From Azolla caroliniana (lineage: Eukaryota > Plantae > Polypodiophyta): 64,000 nucleotides of DNA. The position numbers were made by a program, and so were the translations under genes. Where the stretch lies: NCBI GenBank assembly GCA_043228905.1, contig JBHGNT010000005.1, positions 6,448,001 through 6,512,000 of the forward strand, in the 5' to 3' direction. Positions 41,988-54,389 of the stretch are shown piece by piece. The first letter of the stretch is position 1, and every line of letters starts with the position of its first letter. The notes under the pieces were generated by a model that was given only the letters and a program-made list of their open reading frames with translations, had not been told where the DNA came from and made no database searches.

Positions 41988-43012
41988 TGTGTCTGGGGGC
42001 TACAGTGAAGGTAACTCTCAGAGAGTGCCTAGCAGAATGATTTGAACCCTCTAACTTACGATGTATGTCGCTAATTCTTCCTCAAAATCGGCACACACAT
42101 CGAGATTTGTACGATCTCTCCGCTCTCACTTTCATCACCTGGTGGGGCGGGGGGGATCAATCAATGATATGGCTTTTAGCTCCCATGTAAGTTGTGTGTG
42201 TGAGTAAGCAAGGTCATAAAAGTATAAGGTACTGCATTTGTTACTTGCAAAATGTGTATAAATATATTTTCTACTTACCAAAATGTCCACCCTATCCATC
42301 ACTTTCAACAGGATCCAAAACAAAAAGTCATCACCTCAATAAAAAAGGAAAAATGGAAAAAAAAAACCCTAAGAAGAAGAAAAAGAAAGACCTACATTTA
42401 AATTAAAATTTCTAAAACCTAATAAAATAAAAAAAGCAAAAGCACAAAAACAAGAGGTGATTAAAAAAAAATCAAAGCACATAAAATGATATTCTAATTT
42501 TTATTTATCTCCTCAAATGCCCTTCTTTTATTTCAAATACCCAAAATAATGTACTCAGATAAATAATGATTAATGAAATCTCCTAACATATCATATAATC
42601 CTGGGGAAAAAAATGAAGAAATGAAAAAAATAAAAATAAAAATATAATTGAAAGAAGCCATTAGATATGTTGTATATATAAGGTTGAAAGATATATAGAT
42701 TATATATATATATATATATATATACATATTTATGTATATGTCCTCTTCATCTACCCATTTGTTTTCTTGTTCACACTGCTTAACTTTGTATGTATTCTAT
42801 AGGCTCCCCCAATTAAGATTTCCAAAAAGAAAAGAAAAGAAAAGAAAAAGCTTCTGTATTTCACCACCTTCTTCTTCTCCTGCTCCTGCTGGATGCATTA
42901 ATAACCTCTAAATTAGCCATTAAATATATATATATATATATATACATACATATAATACAGCACTAGCACTACATTACATAATAAATAGTTGATACCATTA
43001 GGGGATTAATTA

Positions 43013-43882
43013 ATGGAGGAAGACAAGCATAATTATAGTGATCATCATGACCATCATCAAAGTAATAGTAATGGATTGGGCACTTATCCTCATAGTAATA
43101 GTAATAGTAATGGATTGGGCACTTATCCTCATAATAATTCTGATGGTGATGGTGGTTCTATTCATTGGTTACCGCCTGGTTTCCGTTTCCACCCTACCGA
43201 TGAGGAACTGGTGTCCTTCTACCTTGTCCAGAAAATGCACAACCCTAATTCCTTCACCCATCACCCGGCCATCTCCGAGGTGGATCTCAACAAGTGTGAG
43301 CCCTGGGATCTTCCAGGTGGGAAGGAATGACAAGGCCCCCCTCCCCTCCATGGATTGATTCTATCTAAAACTTTATATATTGCTAATGTGGGGTTAATAC
43401 TGTAGTAGGATCGAAGATTTATGTGGATAATTATGGGATTGGTTAGCACTATGAATGTATCATCCTGACAACTGATCAAAACTTTTGTGAATACATACAT
43501 ATATACATACATATATGTATATATATATATATATATATAAATATATGAATGTATGTAGGGAGAATCTAAAAACTAGATTACTAATGTGGGGTTACACTAC
43601 TGTATTTGGATCTGAAGATTTGTGTAGATAATTTATGGGATTAGTTAGCATTTATGGATGTATCATCCTGAAAATTGATCAAAACTTTTGTGAATACATA
43701 CATATATACATATATGTATATATGTATATATATATAAATATATGTATGTATGTATCTAAATATATATAAATACAAAAATCTTCAGATCCTACTGTAGTAG
43801 GATCTGAAGATTTGTGTAGATAATTTATGGGATTATTTAGCATTTATGGATGTATCATCCTGAAAACTGATCAAAACTTTTG

Positions 43883-43934
<52 letters not shown>

Positions 43935-46043
43935 ATAATGTATCTAGGGAGAGCAAAGATGATGATGGGCGGTGAGAAGGAGTGGTATTTCTACAGTGTG
44001 CGGGACAGGAAGTACCCGAGCGGGGTCCGGACGAATCGGGCGACGGGTGCGGGCTATTGGAAGGCGACCGGGAAGGACCGGGAGGTCACGACCACCACGG
44101 CAATCCCGAGGAGGGGGAGGACAGAGGCATCCTCCTCCTCATCTGGGATGTGGCCATTGGCCACTTATCATGGCACGGGCCACGGGCCCGGGGCCGGCTC
44201 TCCCGTGGTGGTGGTCGGCATGAAGAAGACTCTGGTTTTCTACCGAGGCCGGGCTCCGAGGGGCGATAAGACGGATTGGGTAATGCACGAGTACCGCCTG
44301 CCCGAGTCCAATACCGGAGGTCCGGGACTTAGCTTCACCTGCTCTCCTAACAAGGTGTGTGTGTGTGTGTACAAACCCTAATGAATGTAGGGACCCTATA
44401 GAAAGGTTCCTGGAAAAGAACCCTAGAGATTACCCCCCCCTCCTAAAGCCCATTCTCTCTGTCAATTTATTTATTGCAGGGTAAAGAAACAAATTCACCA
44501 TTTAACAATTGCCAATCCAGAAAGGTTCCTGGAAAAAAACCCTAATGATCCCTAAAACCCATTCTCTCTCTGTTAATTAATTATTGGAGTAAAGAAACAA
44601 ATTCACCATTTAACAATTGCCAATCAAGAAAGGTTCCTGAAAAACCCTAATGATCCCCCCTAATGCCCATTCTCTCTGTCAATTTAATTATTGCAGGGTA
44701 AAGAAACAAATTCACCATTTAACAATTGCCAATCAAGAAAGGGTTCCTGGAAAAAAACCCTAGAGATAACCCCCTCCTCCTAAAGCCCATTCTCTCTGTC
44801 AATTTAATTATTGCAGGGTAAAGAAACAAATTCACCAAAAACCATTGCCAATCAAGAAAGGGTTCCTGGAAAAAACCCTATAGACCCCCTACAGATTTTA
44901 TATAGGTCTGAAAATTTTCTTTTCAAGGGATTAAACAAATTACTTTGTTTCAAATCTTGACCTGCATGTAATTAGGTCAGTTGATGCGTGCCGATTAGCC
45001 GCTTAGAGTCTGCCGATTAGCTTCTAATCACCTGGGCTTACTTTGTGATTAAGCTCATAATTAAGCTTCCCATTAGCAGTGAATTTTTGGTACATAAAAT
45101 TGCAGGCCAATCAATCTAAACCCAGTGTAATTATTGTTCCAAGTCTTCAGATTTCCTTTGATTTTCCTTATCGCAGGATGAGTGGGTCATTTGTCGAGTT
45201 TTTAACAAGAATTTTACTGCGAAGCATCGGGATCAAAGTGCGATTGATAAGATGCGATTCGATCATATTCCTCCTCCTCCTCCTCCTCCTCCTCCTATCA
45301 TAACATTCACACATCTTCCAAATCATAGCAGCAACAATAACTCAGAGGATCATAACAATCATAGCAGTAATACTATCTCCAACCAATTCTCAGCAGATAA
45401 TAAATCCACATCTAATGCTAATTTGGGTCCCATGTTTAACAATCAGATTGATGAAGAAGAAGAAGATGATGATCATGATCATGATCATGATGATAATACC
45501 ATGGAATTACAATACCAGCACCACAGTTATGAGGATGCTAATGGATTAATCGATGGGCACCATGATAATGATCAATCTAATGGATCACCATCGCTACTAG
45601 CTGCTGAGTTGAATGTGCAGCAATTACTTCATGGTGGTGTGCCGATCAATTCCACCTCCTATAATACTATTGTTCGAATTAACGACAATATAACCACTGC
45701 TACTACTAGCTATAATCAGATAGCATCATTAGGGAATCATTATAATCCCACTAATAGCAATTCCATGGGAACAAGTAATGACATATCATTACTCCTCCCC
45801 CCCGCACTATTGGATGCACAGACACAGACGAGATTAGTGGTAGATTCTTCTTCTGATTATAACATAAATATTACCAATACTAGCATCAAATATAATCATA
45901 GCAATGACATCAACTACATGGGCTCAAAATATATACATAATAATACAGAGCTGCAGGGTGTCCCTACCCCTAATCATCATCATCATCATAATAGCAATGA
46001 GATGCATAGCTTACTTCAAATGCTTGGTTACATTAAATACTGA
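43013..46043 (+). CDS. NAC-domain transcription factor, NAM/CUC subgroup, 525 aa; exons 43013-43316, 43948-44354, 45177-46043
   Basis: Subdomains: [15 protein letters not shown] (A), [12 protein letters not shown] (B), [35 protein letters not shown] (C), [29 protein letters not shown] (D), [11 protein letters not shown] (E). GT-AG introns at canonical NAC positions with consistent phases (304+407+867 nt). N/H/S-rich C-terminus. Confidence 0.95.
43381..43930. repeat. Three ~200-bp tandem copies forming NAC intron 1
   Basis: TACTGTAGTAGGATC.GAAGATTT...GTATCATCCTGA.AA.TGATCAAAACTTTTGTGAATA followed by (TA)n occurs three times. Confidence 0.85.
44401..44880. repeat. ~110-120-bp minisatellite, 4+ copies, in NAC intron 2
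   Basis: GAAAGGTTCCTGGAAAA...AACCCTA...CCCATTCTCTCTGTCAATTT...GTAAAGAAACAAATTCACCA...TTGCCAATC starts at ~44401, 44520, 44627, 44737 and 44856. Confidence 0.9.
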
Positions 46044-46524
46044 GCTCCAGATATAGCACAGATCTACAACTGCTTAATGATTATCTGTAACTCTTCCTAA
46101 CCCTAGATATCTATAATTAATTAAACTCAATCCTAATCAGCCCTCTAAATCTTAATCTACCCATAAACCCCTAGTATTTACCCAGAAGCCCAAAACCCTG
46201 ATCATTAATTTATTCGGCATTCTAATATTATTCAATTATAGAAATACTGCATATTTATCCTGAAACAAAGGTCTATAACATTGGAGGATTTATGCGTTAT
46301 TTATTTATTTATCAAGTACAATGAATGACAGAGGTCCACAGTTTTGATTCTGATTTCAAGGCCATATATATTGGGTGTGCACTTAATTTGATATAATTGT
46401 GAATGTGCATGATTTGATATAATTGTGAATGTGCATGATTTGATAACGTGTAATGAGTTTTCGATGGTGAAACAATGATAAACAAAACACTACTAAAATG
46501 AGGAGCAAAACATTATAACATGAA

Positions 46525-47390
46525 TGTTAGAGGCATATAACCTTAGGAACCAATTCTACAGCTAATTTTAATGGGTTAAGGGTAAGGTAGATGTTATAGG
46601 CATATATAACCTTAGGAATCAATCCTAAAGCTAACTTGAATAGGTTAAGGGTGAGATAGATGTTATAGGCATATATAACCTTAGGAACCAATGCTATAGC
46701 TAATTTTAATGAGTTAATGGTAAGATAGATGTTATATAGGCATATAACCTCACTAACCAATTCTATAGTTAATGGCAAGATAGATGTTATAGGCATATAA
46801 CCTTAGGAATCAATTCTATAGCTAATTTTAATGGGTTAAGGGTAAGATAGATGAGGTTTTAATGGGTTATGGGTAGGATAACTGGGGTTTTAATGGGTTA
46901 AGGATAGGATAGTTATGGTTTTAATGGGTTAAGGGTAGGATAGTCGAGGTTTAATGGGTCAAGGGCAAGATAGTCAGAGTTTTAATGGGTTAAGGGGAAG
47001 ATAGTGGCGAAACTGGTTATTGTAGGACCAGGAAAAAACCCATAAGGAACTATGACACATGGGGACACTAGTGATACAGTAGGAGCCTTAGATGTGCGTG
47101 AGCTATATAAAGGGCACTATCAACCCCCTTCATTATGGCATCTTGGGACGTAGTTGAGACTCTACTTGTGAGGCTAAGCTCGCTTCTTAGGATTTGTTAT
47201 TCAACAACCACCAAGCTAGAACATACGATAATACCCTAATATCCGTTGGTATGGGACACTTATGGTATTTTATGTTTGTCTCACATCCTTCGTTCGGGCA
47301 AGATGATTGGTGTGGTGAGCACCCTTAATCTAGTCTTATTCTTTGCTCATCATCAACTTTTGATCCAATGTAACACTCGGCTCATCAACA
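46525..47390 (+). mobile_element. Probable solo LTR with tandem-repeat U3 (~67-bp x4-5, then ~31-bp x5)
   Basis: Starts TGTTAG. Repeats AGGCATATAACCTTAGGAA...TAATGGGTTAAGGGTAAG at 46531-47003. TATA CTATATAAAGG ~47103. Candidate end TCAACA at 47390. TSD is not clean. Confidence 0.4.
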
Positions 47391-49407
47391 TGACTACAAG
47401 GAATAAGAGCAAGATGAGAAAAGAATAACTTAAAAGATAATGTGCTCAAAGAGTTTGACTAGTATATTGGCGTGTACAACTCAAAAATCTTAAGGACACT
47501 ACATTGATTTCGTATATATTATAAAACCAAATTGTGAACTCATCTCATGTGGGTATATCTATAGGTTTAAACGTATAGATGCCCACATTACATTGAATCT
47601 TAAGATAGTTGTAGAAATGATTGGGGAGGTGATGTTTGTTCTTTTGGAATAAGATTTCCTAGTTAGCCCAGAATTTAGACACAAGTTAATATGATTGTTT
47701 TGAATGCTTACAAAAATATAGAATTGCTAAAAATTAGGAATAACTCATTAGGCCACCCACGGCTTTCAATGTTCATAGAAGATGCACATGAAGGGAGTAA
47801 GCAAAGAATCCTATACAAAATAGGTCAAAGAAGAAAATTAAGGTTGTGGAGGGACACATATCATCTAAAGAAGAAAATGAGGAAGCTATATTGTTAGTAT
47901 GGGATCTCTATAGTAATAATGATGGTTGGAAGAAGATGACACTAATTGATTGAAAGGAAGAGATGAGGCGTATATCTTAGAAGGTAGTGCAAAAGTATAA
48001 ACATATTAAGGTTATTTTGGAGGAAGACATGCCATCTAATGAAAATGATGAGAACACGCTAAACTATTTGACATACGTGATCATAATAATAGTGACGGTA
48101 TAAAGAAAGAGAATCTATTGCAATCTATCTTCTCATGAGTAATTGCTAAGGACCTTCCCCACATGATTTGGAGACAATGTTTACTAAATAGTTGTTAAAG
48201 GGGTTGAGCCATGAGGCCCTATTTGTAAATAGGACACATTTAGGAAAATTGCTAGTTTCCCAAACTTGTTCGAACTCTTTAGCCTAAATATATGAGTAGT
48301 AATCGGCAAGAATGTTCATTAGTCTTAACCTCAAAGCATATTTTCAAACTGAAATCAAATGCTCAAGATATGGGGAGCCCAATGCATTGATTGAAGTCTA
48401 AAGAGAAACTCTTGACACTACATAACGAGGTTGATATCGTTGTGCCCATTTTAAAAGAAAGGTGACACCAAACATTCTAAAAGCACGAGACACTAATTGA
48501 GATGTTTGGCATTGCTTGAAGAAACATAAAGTAATTTCTATACAAAAACATGTCACTTTACATCAAATTGAGAAGTACAATGTTTAGTGTTGCATTTCTA
48601 AAGTTAAAAAAAAATTAGATGAAAAGGGGGATTTATAACCGCCCTTGCCTTATTCAACATTTCCCCTTCCATCAACCCCACAAAAAGTATGACTATAGCT
48701 TGAATTCTCCTCTTCTACATGTGCAAAAACTCCTCCAAGCAACCTACACATAGTTAAGTTACACACATACACAAACATAAATTCACAGGCATAGACATCA
48801 CCTCATAAGAGACATGTAGTCTCATGCCTTTCTTAACGAAAAGGTGAATCTAAATGTCTTAGAAAGTGTGTGACACACCATCGTTCATTGAAAAATACAT
48901 GCACAGAGTCATACACAACATACATACAATCTTTCATTCACACACACAAATTCATTAACACAAACAACTATAAATACACTTGCATACAATCATAGAAACA
49001 TGCTCGTGTCTATTTGCTACCAAATCATAAAGAGGGTTGGCGAGGGAATCATAGCCATGGATGGTCAAAGGTGATCTTATATATACATATGGGTGAAAGC
49101 ATGTGAGTGGAAACAATTAGCTATGTCCTTGCCATAGCTAATTAGCTATGCAAAAAGCTACCAATGATAAACAACCATTTTTGCACCATGAATAAAAACA
49201 TTAGAATGTTTTAATTATATAAATGAGCACCATAAATGTGTAACATAAACATGCAACATAAATGGATATGTGCACCATAAATTATATACTGAATTCCTAG
49301 GTCCATTATGCATGATCCATTGCCACATCTCGTTGGCCATCACTTTGTGACTATTCAGGCTTAGATTATTGCCACTGTTCCTAAACCCTATTGGGTCCAC
49401 TCTGACA

Positions 49408-50150
49408 TTGCCACCATTCTACACTTAGTTGCCGCCACTGTGCAGCCCAAGCATCATCTGCCACTATTCGATCCGATGGTGTTCACTCCTCCATTGCCGC
49501 CATTCTACACTTAGTTGCCGCCACTATGCGGTCCAAGCATCATCTGCCATTGTTCGCTCTTGTTGAGTTCACTCCTCCATTGCTGCTATTCTACACTCAG
49601 TTGCCGCTAGTGTTTGGTCGTGGATTGCTGCCACTCTCTGATCCAACGGAGTTCACTCCTCCTCCACTGGCGCCATTCTACACTTAGTTGTCGCACAGTA
49701 CGTTCCAAACATCATATGCCATTGTTCGATCTGACGGAGTTCACTCTTCCATTGCCACCATTCTACACTCAGGTGCCTCCACTGTTCGAACCAAACATCA
49801 TCTGCCACTGTTCGCTCCTATTGAGTTCACTCTTCCATTGCCGCCATTCTACACTCAGTTGCCACCACTATTCGGTCCAACCATCATCTGCCACTGTTCG
49901 CTCCTATTAAGTTCACTCCTCCATTGCCGCCATTCTACACTCAATTGCCGCTACTGTTCGGTCGTGGATTGCTGCTACTGTTCGCTCCTATTAAGTTCAC
50001 TCCTCCATTGCCGCCATTCTACACTTAGTTGCCGCTACTGTTCGATTGTGGATTGTTGCTACTGTTCGATCCGACGAAGCTCACTCCTCCACTACCGCCA
50101 TTCTACACTTAGTTGCTGCAACTGTTCGGTCATGGATTGCAATAACTGTT
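49408..50150. repeat. Tandem array of ~9 x 83-86 bp upstream of the transposase
   Basis: Unit TTGCCGCCATTCTACACT(T/C)AGTTGCCGC(C/T)ACTGTTCG...GAGTTCACTCCTCCA starts at ~49408, 49494, 49580, ..., 50093. Confidence 0.9.
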
Positions 50151-50387
50151 CTGTCTGTTGATTATCTTGTGTATCGTTGTGTATAATCTTGTGTATTGCA
50201 GAATAATTTTGTGTATTGTTGTTGTCCAAAGTCATCTTAGCTTGTTCCCAATGGTGGTTCAATAGCTTTCACTCCACTGCAACAAACATAAACTTACCAA
50301 TGGTGGGATCGCTCTTGTGAATAACCGGTTAGCATGTGGTTTAGTAACTAGCTACGTGTCTTTTTTTGTGGAAATTTACTAACGGAT

Positions 50388-53300
50388 ATGTCAAGCCAAA
50401 TGGAAGGGGAAGGAGGGTGTTTACCAATACCCCTCATGGATCATCAAGATAGAGATGATGCTATCAGGACACAACAAGCGATACAAAAGTATTGGGCAGA
50501 AAAAAAAGGAAACATCGTTAATTGTTGAAGGATACGAAAGCCACATTCACTAAAGGTAAGGATAGCATTGGTTGCGATATAGGTCTGAATACCACTGAGA
50601 ATGGAAGTAAGGAGACTACCATTCAATGAGAGAAAGGTTGAAGACTATTTCAATGTTCAGACCAAGTGCATCAATCTTGAAAACAAGAAGGGAGTACTTT
50701 ATGGAATATTAAATGATCCATCGATAAAGGAGTTAGTTGATTTTGATGGTCTTAATGCAAACATAACATCTGTACTAATAAATAATCTCCGTAATAGTTT
50801 CGTATCCATGAGTAGGTCAGAAGATGATCTTCTCTTAAAAAGGTCTAGTCTAATGATGTTACTTAATAGTGATGTTGACGATCTTAACATTAGTGTGCTA
50901 TCTAAGGTAATTGGTGTTAGTAGAAAAAGTGTGTACTATACAATGAGCCAGATAATTTCAAGTGGTGAAGGAACTAGTATGCTAAAGCTAACAACAAGAT
51001 GTAAGCCAATGACACACATAACATCAGAAATCAAGGATATAATCACCATATTTTGGACTAATGAGAGTAGGCTTTCACCCAATAAGAAGGATTTATGCAG
51101 GAAACGTGTTGGAAGGAGTGATTACGAGGAGCATCCCATTCATTTTCTTGATGTACCTCAACTATTTACATTTATCTCAACTTTTGTTTTGATTTTTAAA
51201 CTTAGTTAGTTAGCTAATTAGCTACCTCAAAATATGATCACAGCTAACTAGCTATTGGTAATAACTAAATCGTGATTGACAATAGCTAACTTAGCTATTA
51301 TCAGCTAATTAGCTATCTCAGAATATGAGCATAGCTAACTAGCTAATGGTAATAGTTAAATAGCTATTGCCAATACTAAACTTAGATATTATCAGCTAAT
51401 TCGCTACCATAATAGCTAATTAGCTACCTCAGAAGATGACCATAACTAACTAGCTAGTTAGCTCATTAGCTCATTAGCTACTCGCAATAGCTAGTTAGCT
51501 ATGTCAAGAGCTAATTAGCTATTAAGGTTGATAATTAGCTACTAGCAATAGCTAGTTAGTTATGTGAGGAGCTAATTAGCTACTGTCAATAGGTAATTAG
51601 CTACTCTAAATACCTAATTAGCTACTCGCAATGGCTAGTTAGCTATTTCAAGAGCTAATTAGCTATTAAGGGAGCTAATTAGCAATTGTCAATAGCTAAT
51701 TAGCTACTCTTAATAGCTAATTAGCTACTCGCAATAGCTAATTTGCTATGTCAAGAGCTAATTAGCTACTCTTATCAAGAGCTAATTAGCTATTAAGGTA
51801 ACTAATTAGCTAATGTCAATAGCTAATTAACTACTCTTAATAGCTAATTAGCTACTCGCAACAACTAGTTAGCTATGTCAAGAGCTAATTAGCTATTAAG
51901 GTAGCTAATTAGCTACTGCCAATAGCTATTTAGCTACTCTTAATAGCTAATTAGCTACTACGATAGTATGATCATAGCTAATAAGCTACCACATTATATC
52001 TAACTAGCTACATTAGGACGCATTTTTGCTACTCACTAGACTCCCTTTTTATTACGCAGGTTGATTTATTTATTAGGTTCAGGCGAATGCATCCAAATAT
52101 CAAAGTTCAACTATGGACATTTGAGTCTCTTAAGCCACACTTTGTGAGAGGCTTAAAGGATCGATACACATGATGTTGCATTTACCATGTACAAATGGGT
52201 TTTCTCAAGGACTCTGTTAGTCTATTACATCACCATAGCTCCTCCCTAGAGGATGCAATCTGCATTTGGGAGTGCCCAATTTGTTGATCTAACTTGCAAG
52301 AGCATTGTAAATCATCAGAGCATGTTATCTCTTCCATGAGTAGTCTTTTAGATTCAGTATTGTGTCTGAGAGAATATGAGGCTATCTTCCACAATCATAA
52401 ATGTTTCATGGGTTTATGTCAAGATTGTGGCCCTAGTAGATTTAGGTGGTGTCCAAAAGAGTTGAGTAGTGAAAATTTTAATCTTTGTCAAGTTATTTTA
52501 GTCTATGGACACCAATTTTGAAGGAAAGGTGTGTAAAAGAAAGGATCTAGTTAGGAAGTTGCTTAAACCAAGGGATTTGGCGTCTCTATTTGTAGTATCT
52601 CTATGAAAGTTCATTAAACACAACTTCCTTTATTCATGGCAGGCCCATCAGTTTAAGACTTGCATATCTGATTTTCCAAATGATGTAGTAGTCTCAATAG
52701 TAGATTTCGCAAAGAATTATACTTTCAAGCAGCAGAATGAAATTCAATCCATGCATTGGTGTTGAGTGCAAGTAACCATTTTTGTGCACATAACATATTT
52801 TCAAGTTTCAGGTGATGTTAAGAAAGTAATTCATTTTTTTATTTCTGATGATAAGAAGCCTGATGCCTTGTTTGTCCAACACTGTTTTAAGTTACATTGG
52901 CAATGGTTATTAAGTCAATGTTTGGAGCTTACTCAACATTGGGTCTGGTCTGTCGGAGTTGCATCACAATTCAAGGCTAGACATCCATTTTATTTTGTTG
53001 GTAGGTATTCTTCTATAACAGGTTTGGAGATGAGATGGATTGTTTTGGGTTTGGCCATGGTAAAGGTGAACATGATGGAGCAGGTGCAGTTATAAAGCGA
53101 GCACTTACCCATGAACAACTAAAGGCAGATGGTGTGCATATGAATTGTGCAACACATGTAGTCGAATTTTTAAGAGCTAATATATCAATGAGTGCAACTA
53201 GTGTTTATTCCTCGCAGGTCTGAGATATCAAATGTTGGGAGTGCCAAGGAATTCCTGAATTGCGATCTCTCCATGCTGTTCAGGGTTATTCTAGGTTGGA

Positions 53301-53459
53301 TGGTCATTATATTGTGGTTAGAGAATTAACTTGTTTTTGCTTCCATTGTGTGCAGGGAAATTGGAGGTATTGTTTAGACCGAGCATATACTCAGAATTGG
53401 GAGTACCATACATTGAATGATAAGGACCGAGTGGATGGAGAAACAGAAAACAATGCTGA
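50388..53459 (+). pseudogene. Sola2-like DDD transposase pseudogene, copy A (exon 1 ~50388-51161, intron 51162-52059, exon 2 from 52060)
   Basis: Motifs: SRLSPNKKD..RKR, TFESLKPHFV..R.T*CCIYH, C..G.C.DCG, FIKHNF...WQ, VDFAKNYTFKQQNEIQSMHW, ISDDKKPD, WVWS(V)GVASQFK, FGHGKGEHDGAGAVIKR, LRSLH, CFCFHC. Several stops and frameshifts. Acceptor TTACGCAG|52060; donor apparently mutated (CTATTT). Confidence 0.8.
51205..52010. repeat. Array of the palindrome (T)AGCTAATTAGCT(A) filling the transposase intron
   Basis: Dozens of exact or degenerate copies spaced ~20-25 bp apart. Confidence 0.95.
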
Positions 53460-54389
53460 GTATCTAAACCTTTTTCTTTTAGACCCTTCATCAAACATGT
53501 TAGGTTCTCTAAATGCAGCTTTAAGGCTGATAATTGCTCATCAATTTCAGAACGAGAAGACCGCCATGTCTCTAGATCTTTCTTCTGTGCTTCCAGATGA
53601 GTACCCATAGTTGTGAGCTCCTTCTTCAACTCCTCTTTTAACACATCGCTTTCAGAATTTTGGATTGTTGATGCAATCCATTCGTATGTATTCGACATAG
53701 ATGTGAATTTTTTCTTTGCTGCCATCTCACCATATGAAACTTCTTCCAAATTGGCCAACAATGCTTTCATTTTTGTTTGCATGGAAGCTATATAACACAA
53801 CAATCACTCTTCATGTTTTTCTGTCAGTGTGGCTTTTTGTTTTGCAATTTGTTGAGTCAACACAGATGTCCGAGGTTGGATTTCAATATGAGAGGTACCC
53901 TTAGACTTCATGGTAGTGTTGGTACTTGAGGACCCTCTATAATGTGATGATTGATGATGAGCAAAATCTTCCCAATCAACTTCAATGCCACCATGGAGTT
54001 CACATGCAAATGCACGTGCAAAGACAGATCCTACCTCATTGTTTAGGATATGTTTCATATCATAAACTTGTTCCTATCGTGACTTTAGTTCAGTGATATA
54101 ATCCTTCTTCAATTGAGTGAGGTGGAAACCTCTCCTTGTCTCGGGTTGTGATCCACATGTCTAGGTCTTCATAAGTGTCAGGTCGTGCACGAAGGAAATA
54201 ACCCCATCCTAATTTTGTACCACGAAGGATATTTGTGTGAATCTTCTTGCCCTGAGTTGTTGAAAACTTTGACCTCCCTCTGGTGGGGGTCGTCTTACTT
54301 TCATTGATGGGGGTCCTTTTTCTTTCCTTGCATGGTGTGTTGACATTTTCTTTGACCATTTTCTTCTTTGTGAGTGTCTTCCTTGTCAT
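53460..54389 (-). pseudogene. Transposon cargo ORF of unknown function (basic N-terminus, FARAFACE...VDWEDFA motif, coiled-coil C-terminus), truncated at the junction with the transposase
   Basis: Chain of ORFs 54090..54389, 53804..54058 and 53318..53803 linked by one frameshift and one stop. Heptad-rich helical tail. Upstream CT-rich leader and TATA (~55825) on minus. Confidence 0.55.

Noticed and set aside
44328-44350. miR164 target-like sequence CCTGCTCTCCT at the end of NAC exon 2
   Set aside because: It needs a bulge in the seed region and pairs poorly elsewhere; it is also not at the canonical position.
48470-48510. Left TIR of the Sola2-like element (AGCACG...ACACTAATT partly mirrors 55995-56055)
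   Set aside because: The match is short and discontinuous and there is no TSD; the termini remain unresolved.
49408-50161. CRISPR-like array or Cys-rich repeat protein (ORFs 49614..49910, 49688..50161)
   Set aside because: Eukaryotic context, contiguous tandem units without unique spacers, and no cas genes; the ORFs are repeat read-through.
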